A stretch of DNA of 64,000 nt, from positions 20,646,001 to 20,710,000 of the forward strand of contig OZ024740.1 in assembly GCA_964016885.1 (NCBI GenBank), written 5' to 3'. Source of the DNA: Eledone cirrhosa. Lineage: Eukaryota. A program made the translations under genes and the position numbers. The notes beneath the pieces are model-generated. The model was given only the letters and a program-made list of their open reading frames with translations. It did not search any database and was not told the DNA's origin. Of the stretch, positions 24,701-39,700 are shown piece by piece. The number at the start of each line of letters is the position of its first letter. Position 1 is the stretch's first letter.

Positions 24701-27700
24701 CAATCCACCACCCTAACATGGTGTCAGACCCTCTACCTATACTGCCAATCCACCACCCTAACATGGCGTCAGACCCTCTACTGATACTGCCAATCCACCA
24801 CCCTAGCATGGTGTCCAGCCCTCTGCCTATACTGCCAGTCGACCACCCTAACATGGCCTCAGACCCTCTACCGATACTGCCAATCCACCACCCTAACATG
24901 GTGTCAGACCCTCTACCTATACTACAAATCCACCACCCTAGCATGGTGTGCGACCCTCTACCGATACTGCCAATCCACCACCCTAACATAGTGTCAGACC
25001 CTCTACCAATACTGCGAGTCCACCACCCTAGCATGGTGTCCGACCCTCTACCGATACTGCCAATCCACCACCCTAGCATGGTGTCCGACCCTCTACCAAT
25101 ACTGCTAATCCACCACCCTAACATGGTGTCAGACACTCTACCTATACTGCCAATCCACCACCCTAGCATGGCGTCAGACCCTCTAACGATACTGCCAATC
25201 TACCACCCAAGCATGGCATCAGACCCTCTACCAATACTGCCAATCCACCACCCTAGCATGGCGTCAGACCCTCTACCAATACTGCCAATCCACCACACTA
25301 CCATGGTGTCAGACCCTCTACCTACACTACCAATCCACCACCCTATCAAAGCGTCAGACCCTCTACCGATACTGCCATTTCACCGCCCTAGCATTGTGTC
25401 AGACCCTCTACCAATACTGCCAATCCACCACACTACCATGGTGTCAGACCCTCTACCAATACTGCCAATCCACCACCCTAGCATGGCGTCAGACCCTCTA
25501 CCAATACTACTAATCCACCATTCCCTACATGTGTCAGACCCTCTACCTATACTACCAATCCACCACCCTAATATGGTGGCAGACCCTCTACCGATGCTAC
25601 CAATCCACCACCCTAGCATGGTGTCAGACCCTCTATCTATACTACCAATCCGCCAACCTAACATGGAGTCAGACCCTCTACCTATACTGCCAATCCACCA
25701 CCCTAACATGGCGTCAGACCCTCTACTGATACTGCCAATCCACCACCCTATCATGGTGTCCAGCCCTCTACCTATACTGCCAGTCCACCACCCTAACATG
25801 GCCTCAGACCCTCTACCGATACTGCCAATCCACCACACTAACATGGTGTCAGACCCTCTACCTATACTACCAATCCACCACCCTAGCATGGTGTGCGACC
25901 CTCTACCGATACTGCTAATCCACCACCCTAACATAGTGTCAGACCCTCTACCAATACTGCCAGTCCACCACCCTAACATGGTGTCAGACCCTCTACCTAT
26001 ACTGCCAATCCACCACCCTAAGATGGCGTCAGACCCTCTACCGATACTGCCAATCCACCACCCTAACATGGTGTCAGACACTCTACCGATACTGCCAATC
26101 CACCACCCTAGCATGGCGTCAGACCCTCTACCGATACTGCCAATCCACCACCCTAGCATGGCGTCAGACGCTCTACCGATACTGCCAATCGACCACCCTA
26201 GCATAGCGTCAGACCCTCTACCGATACTGCCAATCCACCACCCTAGCATTGGGTCAGACTCTCTACCAATACTGCCAATCCACCAGCCTAGCATGGCGTC
26301 AGACCCTCCACCAATACTGCCAATCCACCATCCTAGCATAGCGTCAGACCCTCTACCAATACTGCCAATCCACCACCCTAGCATGGCATCAGACCCTCTA
26401 CCGATACTGCCAATCCACCACCCTAGCATGGTGTCCGACCCTTTATCGATACTGCCAATCCACCACCCTAACATGGTGTCAGACCCACTACCAATACGGC
26501 CAGTCCACCAACCTAGCATGGTGTTCGACCCTCTACAGATACTGCCATTCCACCACCCTTGCATGGTGTCCGACCCCTACCAATACTGCCAATCCACCAC
26601 CCTAACGTTGGTGTCAGACGCTCTACCTATACTGCCAATCTGCCAACCTAGCATGGTGTCAGACCCTCTACCTACACTGCCTGTCCACCACCCAAACATG
26701 GTGTCAGACAATCTACCTATACTACCAATCCGCCACCCTAGCATGGTGTCAGACCCTCTACCAATACTGCCAATCCACCACTCTAGCATGGCGTCAGACC
26801 CTCTACCGATACTGCCAATCCACCACCCTAGCATCGTGTCAGACCCTCTACCGATACTGCCAATACACCACCCTAGCATGGTGTCAGACCCTCTACCGAT
26901 ACTGGCAATCCACCACCCTAGCATGGTGTCCAGCCCTCTAACTATACTGCCAATCCACCACCCTAGAATGGTGTCCGACCCTTTATCGATACTGCCAAAC
27001 CACCACCCTAACATGGTGTCAGACCCACTACCAATATTGCCAGTCCACCTCCCTAGCATGGAGTCCGATCCTCTACCAATACTGCCAATCCACCACCCTA
27101 ACATTGTGTCAGACGCTCTACCTATACTGCCAATCCACCACCCTAGAATGGTGTCAGACGTTCTACCTACACTGCCTGTCCACCACCCAAACATGGTGTC
27201 AGACACTCTACCTATACTACCAATCCACCACCCTAACATGGTGTCAGACGCTCTACCAATACTGACAATCCACCACTCTAGCTTGGCGTCAGATCCTCTA
27301 CCGATACTGCCAATCCACCACCCTAACATGGTGTCAGACCCGCTACCGATACTACCAAGCCACCACCCTAGCATGGTGTCAGACACTCTACCTATACTGC
27401 CAATTCACCACCCTAACATGGCGTCAGACCCTCTACTGATACTGCCAATCCACCACCCTAGCATGGTGTCCAGCCCTCTAACTATACTGCCAGACACCAC
27501 CCTAGCATGGTGTCCGACCCTCTACCTATACTGCCAATCCACCACCCTAGCATGGTGTCCGACCCTTTATCGATACTGCCAAACCACCACCCTAACATGG
27601 TGTCAGACCCTCTACCAATACTGCCGATCCACCACCCTAACATGGTGTCAGACGCTCTACCTATACTGCCAATCCACCACCCTAGCATTGTGTCAGACCC

Positions 27701-30700
27701 TCTACCTACACTGTTTGTCCACCACCCAAACATGGTGTCAGACACTCTACCTATACTACCAATCCACCACCCTAACATGGTGTCAGACGATCTACCAATA
27801 CTGCCAATCCACCACCCTAACATGGTGTCAGACGCTCTACCAATACTGCCAATCCACCACTCTAGCATGGCGTCAGATCCTCTACCGATACTGCCAATCC
27901 ACCACCCTAGCATGGCGTCAGACCCTCTACCAATACTGTCAAACCACCACCCTAACATGGTGTCAGACCCGCTACCGATACTACCAAACCACCACCCTAG
28001 CATAGTGTCAGACTCTCTACCTATACTACCAATCCACCACCCTAACATGGCGTCAGACCCTCTAGCTATACTGCCAATCCACCACTCTAACATGGCGTCA
28101 GACCCTCTACTGATACTGCCAATCCACCACCCTAGCATGGTGTCCAGCCCTATACCTATACTGTCAGACACCACCCTAACATGGCCTCAGACCCTCTACC
28201 TATACTGCCAATCCACCACCCTAACATGGTGTCAGACCCGCTACCGATACTACCAAACCACCACCCTAGCATGGTGTCAGACCCTCTACCTATACTACCA
28301 ATCCACCACCCTAACATGGTGTCAGACGCTCTACCTATACTGCCAGTCCACCACCCCAGCATGGCGTCAGACCCTCTACCAATACTGCCAATACACCACC
28401 CTAACATGGTGTCAGACCCTCTACCAATACTGCCAATCCACCACCCTAGCATGGTGTCAGATCCTCTAGCTATACTACCAATCCCCCACCCTTACATGGT
28501 GTCAGACCCTCTACCAATACTGCCAATCCACCACACTACCATGGTGTCAGACCCTCTACCTATACTACCAATCCACCACCCTAGCATGGCGTCAGACCCT
28601 CTACCGACACTGCCATTTCACCGCCCTGGCATGGTGTCTGACCCTCTACCAATACTACTAATCCACCATCCCTAAATGTGTCAGACCCTCTACCTATACT
28701 ACCAATCCACCACCCTAACATGGTGGCAGACCCTCTACCGATACTACCAATCCACCATCCTAGCATGGTGTCAGACACTCTACCTATACTACCAATCCGC
28801 CACTCTAACATGGAGTCAGACCCTCTACCTATACTGCCAATCCACCACCCTAACATGGCGTCAGACCCTCTACTGATACTGCCAATCCACCACCCTAGCA
28901 TGGTGTCCAGCCCTCTGCCTATACTGCCAGTCCACCACCCTAACATGGCCTCAGACCCTCTACCGATACTGCCAATCCACCACCCTAACATGGTGTCAGA
29001 CCCTCTACAGATACTGCCAATCCACCACCCTAGCATGGTGTGCGACCCTCTACCGATACTGCCAATCCACCACCCTAACATAGTGTCAGACCCTCTACCA
29101 ATACTGCCAGTCCACCACCCTAGCATGGTGTCCGACCCTCTACCGATACTGCCAATCCACCACCCTAGCATGGTGTCCGACCCTCTACCAATACTGTTAA
29201 TCCACCACCCTAACATGGCGTCAGACCCTCTACCGATACTGCCAATCCACCACCCTAGCATGGTGTCCGACCCTCTACCAATACTGCTAATCCACCACCC
29301 TAACATGGCGTCAGACCCTCTACCGATACTGCCAATCCACCACCCTAGCATGGTGTCCGACCCTCTACCAATACTGCTAATCCACCACCCTAACATGGTG
29401 TCAGACCCTCTACCAATACTACCAAACCACCACCCTAACATGGTGTCAGACACTCTACCTATACTGCCAATCCACCACCCTAGCATGGCGTCAGACCCTC
29501 TAACGATACTGCCAATCCACCACCCTAAGATGGTGTCAGACCCTCTACCGATACTGCCAATCCACCACACTAACATGGTGTCAGACCCTCTACCGATACT
29601 GCCAATCCACCACCCTAGCATGGCGTCAGACCCTCTAACGATACTGCCAATCCACCACCCTAACATGGTGTCAGACCCTCTAACGATACTTCCAATCCAC
29701 CACCCTAGCATGGTGTCAGACCCTCTACCAATACTGCCAATCCACCAACCTAGCAAAGCGTCAGACCCTCTACCAATACTGCCAATCCACCACCCTAGCA
29801 TGGCATCAGACCCTCTACCGATACTGCCAATCCACCACCCTAGCATCGTGTCAGACCCTCTAACGATACTGCTAATCCACCACCCTAGCATGATGTCCGA
29901 CCCTCTACCGATACTGCCAATACACAACCCTAGCATGGTGTCAGACCCTCTACCGATACTGCCAATCCACCACCCTAGCATGGTGTACAGCCCTCTACCT
30001 ATACTGCCAATCCACCACCCTAGCATGGTGTCCGACCCTTTATCGATACTGCCAATCCACCACCCTAATATGGTGTCAGACCCACTACCAATACTGCCAG
30101 TCCACCACCCTAGCATGGTGTCAGACCCTCTACCGATACTGCCAATCCACCACCCTTGCATGGTGTCCGACCCTCTACCAATACTTCCAATCCACGACCC
30201 TAACATGGTGTCAGACGCTCTACCTATACTGCCAATCCACCACCCTAGCATGGTGTCAGACCCTCTACCTATACTGCCAATCCACCTCCCTAACATGGTG
30301 TCAGACCCGCTACCGATACTACCAAACCACCACCCTAGCATGGTGTCAGACCCTCTACCTATACTACCAATCCACCACCCTAACATGGCGTCAGACCCTC
30401 TACTGATACTGCCAATCCACCACCCTAGCATGGTGTACAGCCCTCTACCTATACTGACAGACACCACCCTAGCATGGTGTCCGACCTTCTACCGATACTG
30501 CCAATCCACCACCCTAGCGTGGTGTCCGACCTTCTACCGATACTGCCAATCCACCACCCTAACATGGTGTCAGATACTTTACCTATACTGCCAATCCGCC
30601 ACCCTAACATGGCGTCAGAACCTCTACCAATACTGCCAATCCACCGTCCTAACATGGTGTCAGACCCTCTACCAATACTACCAAACCACCACACTAACAT

Positions 30701-33700
30701 GGTGTCAGACATTCTACCTATACTGCCAATCCACCACCCTAGCATGGCGTCAGACCCTCTAACGATACTGCCAATCCACCACCCTAAGATGGTGTCAGAA
30801 CCGCTACCAATACTGCCAATCCACCACCCTAGCATGGCGTCAGACGCTCTACCGATACTGCCAATCCACCAGCCTAGCATGGCGTCAGACCCTCCACCAA
30901 TACTGCCAATCCACCAACCTAGCATAGCGTCAGAGCCACTACCAATATTGCCAATACACCACCCTAGCATGGATCAGACCCTCTACCGATACTGCCAATC
31001 CACCACCCCAGCATCGTGTCAGACCCTCTACCGATACTGCCAATACACCACCCTAGCATGGTGTCAGACCCTCTACCGATACTGCCAAACCACCACCCTA
31101 ACATTGTGTCAGACCCACTAACAATACTGCCAGTCCACCTCCCTAGCATGATGTCCGACCCTCTACCAATACTGCCAATCCACCACCCTAGCATGGTGTC
31201 AGACCCTCTACCTACACTGCCTGTCCACCACCCAAACATGGTGTCAGACACTCTACCTATACTACCAATCCACCACCCTAACATGGTGTCAGACGCTCTA
31301 CCAATACTGACAATCCACCACTCTAGCTTGGCGTCAGATCCTCTACCGATACTGCCAATACACCACCCTAGCATCGTGTCAGACCCTCTAACGATACTGC
31401 TAATCCACCACCCTAGCATGGTGTCCGACCCTCTACAGATACTGCCAATCCACCACCCAAGCATGGCATCAGACTCTCTACCAATACTACTAATCCACCA
31501 CCCCTACATGGTGTCAGACCCTATACCTATACTGCCAATCCACCACCCTAACATGGTGTCAGACCCTCTACCAATACTGCCAATCCACCACCCTAACACT
31601 GTGTCAGACCCTCTACCGATACTGCCAATCCACCACCCTAGCATGGCGTCAGACCCTCTAACGATACTGCCAATCCACCACCCTAACATGGTGTCAGACC
31701 CTCTACCAATACTGCCAATCCACCACACTACCATGGCATCAGACGCTCTACCGATACTGCCAATCTACCACCCTAGCATAGCGTCAGACCCTCTACCGAT
31801 ACTGCCAATCCACCACCCTAGCATTGCGTCAGACTCGCTACCAATACTGCCAATCCACCAGCCTAGCATGGCGTCAGACCCTCCACCAATACTGCCAATC
31901 CACCAACCTAGCATAGCGTCAGAGCCTCTACCAATACTGCCAATCCACCACCCTAGCATGGCGTCAGACCGTCTACCAATACTACCAATCCACCACCCTA
32001 ACATGGCGTCAGACCCTCTACCAATACTGCTAATCCACCACTCTAGCATGGCGTCAGACCTGCTACCGATACGGCCATTTCACCGCCCTAGATATGGTGT
32101 CAGACCCTCGACCAATACTACTAATCCACCACCCCTACATGGTGTCAGACCCTCTACCTATACTGCCGATCCACCACCCTAACATGGTGTCAGACCCGCT
32201 ACCGATACTACCAAACCACCACTCTAGCATGGTGTCAGACACTCTACCTATACTACCAATCCACCACACTAACATGGCGTCAGACCCTCTACTGATACTG
32301 CCAATCCACCACCCTAGAATGGTGTACAGCCCTCTACCTATACTGCCAGACACCACCCTAGCATGGTGTCCGACCTTCTACCGATACTGCCAATCCACCA
32401 CCCTAGCATGGTGTCCGACCTTCTACAGATACTGCCAATCCACCACCCTAACATGGTGTCAGATGCTTTACCTATACTGCCAATCCACCACCCTAACATG
32501 GCGTCAGAACCTCTACCAATACTGCCAATCCACCGTCCTAACATGGTGTCAGACCCTCTACCAATACTACCAAACCACCACACTAACATGGTGTCAGACA
32601 TTCTACCTATACTACCAATCCACCACCCTAGCATGGCGTCAGACCCTCTAACGATACTGCCAATCCACCACCCTAAGATGGTGTCAGAACCGCTACCAAT
32701 ACTGCCAATCCACCACCCTAGCATGGCGTCAGACGCTCTACCGATACTGCCAATCCACCAGCCTAGCATGGCGTCAGACCCCCTACCAATACTGCCAATC
32801 CACCAACCTAGCATAGCGTCAGAGCCACTACCAATACTGCCAATACACCACCCTAGCATGGCATCAGACCCTCTACCGATACTGCCAATCCACCTCCCTA
32901 TCATCGTGTCAGACCCTCTAACGATACTGCTAATCCACCACCCTAGCATGGTGTCCGTCCCTCTACCGATACTGCCAATACACCACCCTAGCATGGTGTC
33001 AGACCCTCTACCGATATTGGCAATCCACCACCCTAGCATGGTGTCCAGCCCTCTACCTATACTGCCAATCCACCACCCTAGAATGGTGTCCGACCCTTTA
33101 TCGATACTGCCAAACCACCACCCTAACATGGTGTCAGACCCACTACCAATACTGCCAGTCCACCTCCCTAGCATGGTGTCCGACCCTCTACCAATACTGC
33201 CAATCCACCACCCTAGCATGGTGTCAGAGGCTCTACCTACACTGCCTGTCCACCACCCAAACATGGTGTCAGACCCTCTACCTATACTACCAATCCACCA
33301 CCCTAACATGGTCTCAGACGCTCTACCAATACTGACAATCCACCACTCTAGCATGGCGTCAGATCCTCTACCGATTCTGCCAATCCACCACCCTTGCATG
33401 GCGTCAGACCCTCTACCAATACTGCCAATCCACCACCCTAGCATGGCGTCAGACCCTCTACCAATACTGCCAATCCACCACCCTAACATGGTGTCAGACC
33501 CTCTACCAATACTGCTAATCCACCACTCTAGCATGGCGTCAGACCCGCTACCGATACTGCCATTTCACCGCCCTAGCATGATGTCAGACCCTCGACCAAT
33601 ACTACTAATCCACCACCCCTACATGGTGTCAGACCCTCTACCGATACTGCCAGTCCAGCACCCATGGTGTCCGACCCTCTACCTCTACTACCAATCCAAC

Positions 33701-36700
33701 ACCTTACCATGGTGGCAGACCCTATACCTATATTTCCAGTCCACCACCCTAATATGGCGTCAGACCCTCTAATGATACTGCCAATCCACCACCCTAGCAT
33801 GGTGTCCAGCCCTCTACCTCTACTACCAATCCACCACCCGAGCATGGTGCCAGAGCCTCTACCAATACTGCCAGTCAACCACCCTAGCATGGTGTTCGAC
33901 CCTCTACCTATACTACCAGTTCACCACCCTAGAATGGTGTTCAACCCTCTACCTATACTAACAATCCACCACCCTAGCATGGTGTCAGACCCGCTACCGA
34001 TACCACCAAACCACTCTCTAGCATGGCGTCAGACCCTCCACCAATACTGCCAGTCCACCACCCTAGCATGGTGCCGACCCTCTACCGATACTGCCAATCC
34101 ACCACCCTTGCATGGTGTCCGACCCTCTACCAATACTGCCAATCCACCACCCTAACATGGTGTCAGACGCTCTACCTATACTGCCAGTCCACCACCCTAG
34201 CATGGTGTCAGACCTTCTACCTATACTACCAATCCACCACTCTAGCATGGCGTCAGACCCTCTACCGATACTGCTAATCCACCACCCTAGCATGGCGTCG
34301 GACCCTCTACCAATACTGCCAATCCACCACCCTAACATGGTGTCAGACGCTCTACCTATACTGCCAGTCCACCACCCCAGCATGGCGTCAGACTCTCTAC
34401 CAATACTGCCAATACACCACCCTAACATGGTGTCAGACCCTCTACCAATACTGCCAATCCACCACCCTAGCATTGTGTCAGATCCTCTAGCTATACTACC
34501 AATCCACCACCCTAACGTGGTGTTCGACCCTCTACCAATACTGCCAATCCACCACCCTACCATGGTGTCTGACCCTTTACCTATACTACCAATCCACCAC
34601 CCTAGCATGGCGTCAGACCCTCTACCGATACTGCCATTTCACCGCCCTAGCATGGTGTCTGACAATCTACCAATACTACTAATCCACCACCCCTACATTG
34701 TGTCAGACCCTCTACCTATACTACCAATCCACCAACCTAACATGGTGGCAGACCCTCTACCGATACTACCAATCCACCACCCTAGCATGGTGTCAGACCT
34801 TCTACCTATACTACAAATCCGCCACCCTAACATGGAGTCAGACCCTCTACCTATACTGCCAATCCACCACCCTAACATGGCGTCAGACCCTCTACTGATA
34901 CTGCCAATCCACCACCCTAGCATGGTGACCAGCCCTCTACCTATACTGCCAGTCCACCTCCCAAACATGGCCTCAGACCCTCTACCGATACTGCCAACCC
35001 ACCACCCTAACATGGTGTCAGACCCTCTACTTATACTACCAATCCACCACCCTAGCATGGTGTGCGACCCTCTACCGATACTGCCAATCCACCACCCTAA
35101 CATAGTGTCAGACCCTCTACCAATACTGCCAGTCCACCACCCTAGCATGGTGTCCGACCCTCTACCGATACTGCCAATCCACCACCCTAGCATGGTGTCC
35201 GACCCTCTACCAATACTGCTAATCACCCTAACATGGTGTCAGATGCCCTACCTATACTACCAATCCACCACCCTAGCATGGTGTCAGACACTCTACCAAT
35301 ACTGCCAAACCACCACTCTAGCATGGCGTCAGACCCTCTACCGATACTGCCAATCTACCACCCAAGCATGGCATCAGACCCTCTACCAATACTGCCAATC
35401 CACCACCCTAGCATGGCGTCAGACCCTCTACCAATACTGCCAATCCACCACCCTAACATGGTGTCAGACCCTCTACCAATACTGCTAATCCACCACTCTA
35501 GCATGGCGCCAGACCCGCTACCGATACTGCCATTTCACCGCCCTAGCATGGTGTCAGACCCTCTACCAATACTGCCAATCCACCACACTACCATGGTGTC
35601 AGACCCTCTACCTACACTACCAATCCACCACCCTAGCATGGCATCAGACCCTCTACCGATACTGCCAATCCACCACCCTAGCATGGTGTCCGACCCTCTA
35701 CCAATACTGCCAATCCACCACACTACCATGGTGTCAGAGCCTCTACCAATACTGCCAATCCACCACCCTAGCATGGCGTCAGACCCTCTACCAATACTAC
35801 TAATCCACCATTCCCTACATGTGTCAGACCCTCTACCTATACTACCAATCCACCACCCTAATATGGTGGCAGACCCTCTACCGATGCTACCAATCCACCA
35901 CCCTAGCATGGTGTCAGACCCTCTATCTATACTACCAATCCGCCACCCTAACATGGAGTCAGACCCTCTACCTATACTGCCAATCCACCACCCTAACATG
36001 GCGTCAGACTCTCTACTGATACTGCCAATCCACCACCCTAGCATGGTGTCCAGCCCTCTACCTATACTGCCAGTCCACCACCCTAACATGGCCTCAGACC
36101 CTCTACCGATACTGCCAATACACCACACTAACATGGTGTCAGACCCTCTACCTATACTACCAATCCACCACCCTAGCATGGTGTGCGACCCTCTACCGAT
36201 ACTGCTAATTCACCACCCTAACATAGTGTCAGACCCTCTACCAATACTGCCAGTCCACCACCCTAACATGGTGTCAGACCCTCTACCTATACTGCCAATC
36301 CACCACCCTAAGATTGCGTCAGAACCTCTACCGATACTGCCAATCCACCACCCTAACATGGTGTCAGACACTCTACCGATACTGCCAATCCACCACCCTA
36401 GCATGGCGTCAGACCCTCTACCGATACTGCCAATCCACCACCCTAGCATGGCGTCAGACCCTCTACCTATACTGCCAATCCACCACCCTAACATGGTGTC
36501 AGACCCTCTACCGATACTGCCAATCCACCACCCTAGCATGGCGTCAGATGCTCTACCGATACTGCCAATCGACCACCCTAGCATAGCGTCAGACCCTCTA
36601 CCGATACTGCCAATCCACCACCCTAGCATTGGGTCAGACTCTCTACCAATACTGCCAATCCACCAGCCTAGCATGGCGTCAGACCCTCCACCAATACTGC

Positions 36701-39700
36701 CAATCCACCATCCTAGCATAGCGTCAGACCCTCTACCAATACTGCCAATCCACCACCCTAGCATGGCATCAGACCCTCTACCGATACTGCCAATCCACCA
36801 CCCTAGCATGGTGTCCGACCCTTTATCGATACTGCCAATCCACCACCCTAACATGGTGTCAGACCCACTACCAATTCGGCCAGTCCACCAACCTAGCATG
36901 GTGTTCGACCCTCTACAGATACTGCCATTCCACCACCCTTGCATGGTGTCCGACCCTCTACCAATACTGCCAATCCACCACCCTAACGTTGGTGTCAGAC
37001 GCTCTACCTATACTGCCAATCTGCCAACCTAGCATGGTGTCAGGCCCTCTACCTACACTGCCTGTCCACCACCCAAACATGGTGTCAGACACTCTACCTA
37101 TACTACCAATCCGCCACCCTAGCATGGTGTCAGACCCTCTACCAATACTGCCAATCCACCACTCTAGCATGGTGTCAGACCCTCTACCGATACTGCCAAT
37201 CCACCACCCTAGCATCGTGTCAGACCCTCTACCGATACTGCCAATACACCACCCTAGCATGGTGTCAGACCCTCTACCGATACTGGCAATCCACCACCCT
37301 AGCATGGTGTCCAGCCCTCTACCTATACTGCCAATCCACCACCCTAGAATGGTGTCCGACCCTTTATCGATACTGCCAAACCACCACCCTAACATGGTGT
37401 CAGACCCACTACTAATACTGCCAGTCCACCTCCCTAGCATGGAGTCCGATCCTCTACCAATACTGCCAATCCACCACCCTAACATTGTGTCAGACGCTCT
37501 ACCTATACTGCCAATCCACCACCCTAGCATGGTGTCAGACGTTCTACCTACACTGCCTGTTCACCACCCAAACATGGTGTCAGACACTCTACCTATACTA
37601 CCAATCTACCACCCTAACATGGTGTCAGACGCTCTACCAATACTGACAATCCACCACTCTAGCTTGGCGTCAGATCCTCTACCGATACTGCCAATCCACC
37701 ACCCTAACATGGTGTCAGACCCGCTACCGATACTACCAAGCCACCACCCTAGCATGGTGTCAGACACTCTACCTATACTGCCAATTCACCATCCTAACAT
37801 GGCGTCAGACCCTCTACTGATACTGCCAAACCACCACCCTAGCATGGTGTCCAGCCCTCTAACTATACTGCCAGACACCACCCTAGCATGGTGTCCGACC
37901 CTCTACCTATACTGCCAATCCACCACCCTAGCATGGTGTCCGACCCTTTATCGATACTGCCAAACCACCACCCTAACATGGTGTCAGACCCTCTACCAAT
38001 ACTGCCGATCCACCACCCTAACATGGTGTCAGACGCTCTACCTATGCTGCCAATCCACCACCCTAGCATGGTGTCAGACCCTCTACCTACACTGTTTGTC
38101 CACCACCCAAACATGGTGTCAGACACTCTACCTATACTACCAATCCACCACCCTAACATGGTGTCAGACGATCTACCAATACTGCCAGTCCACCACCCTA
38201 GCATGGTGTCCGACCCTCTACCGATACTGCCAATCCACCACCCTAGCATGGTGTCCGACCCTCTACCAATACTGCTAATCCACCACCCTAACATGGTGTC
38301 AGATGCTCTACCTATACTGCCAATCCACCACCCTAACATGGCGTCAGACCCTCTACCAATACTACCAAACCACCACCCTAGCATGGTGTCAGACCCTCTA
38401 CCAATACTACCAAACCACCACCCTAACATGGTGTCAGACACTCTACCTATACTGCCAATCCACCACCCTAGCATGGCGTCAGACCCTCTAACGATACTGC
38501 CAATCTACCACCCAAGCATGGCATCAGACCCTCTACCAATACTGCCAATCCACCACCCTAACATGGTGTCAGACCCTCTACCAATACTGCTAATCCACCA
38601 CTCTAGCATGGCGTCAGACCCGCTACCGATACTGCCATTTCACCGCCCTAGCATGGTGTCAGACCCTCTACCAATACTGCCAATCCACCACCCTAGCATG
38701 GCGTCAGACCCTCTACCAATACTGCCAATCCACCACCCTAACATGGTGTCAGACCCTCTACCAATACTGCCAATCCACCACCCTAGCATGGCGTCAGACC
38801 CTCTACCAATACTGCCAATCCACCACCCTAACATGGTGTCAGACCCTCTACCAATACTGCTAATCCACCACTCTAGCATGGCGTCAGACCCGCTACCGAT
38901 ACTGCCATTTCACCGCCCTAGCATGGTGTCAGACCCTCTACCAATACTGCCAATCCACCACACTACCATGGTGTCAGACCCTCTACCTACACTACAAATC
39001 CACCACCCTAGCAAAGCGTCAGACCCTCTACCGATACTGCCATTTCACCGCCCTAGCATGGTGTCAGACCCTCTACCAATACTGCCAATCCACCACACTA
39101 CCATGGTGTCAGACCCTCTACCAATACTGCCAATCCACCACCCTAGCATGGCGTCAGACCCTCTACCAATACTACTAATCCACCATTCCCTACATGTGTC
39201 AGACCCTCTACCTATACTACCAATCCACCACCCTAATATGGTGGCAGACCCTCTACCGATGCTACCAATCCACCACCCTAGCATGGTGTCAGACCCTCTA
39301 TCTATACTACCAATCCGCCACCCTAACATGGAGTCAGACCCTCTACCTATACTGCCAATCCACCACCCTAACATGGCGTCAGACCCTCTACTGATACTGC
39401 CAATCCACCACCCTAGCATGGTGTCCAGCCCTCTACCTATACTGCCAGTCCACCACCCTAACATGGCCTCAGACCCTCTACCGATACTGCCAATCCACCA
39501 CACTAACATGGTGTCAGACCCTCTACCTATAATACCAATCCACCACCCTAGCATGGTGTGCGACCCTCTACCGATACTGCTAATCCACCACCCTAACATA
39601 GTGTCAGACCCTCTACCAATACTGCCAGTCCACCACCCTAACATGGTGTCAGACCCTCTACCTATACTGCCAATCCACCACCCTAGCATGGTGTCAGACG

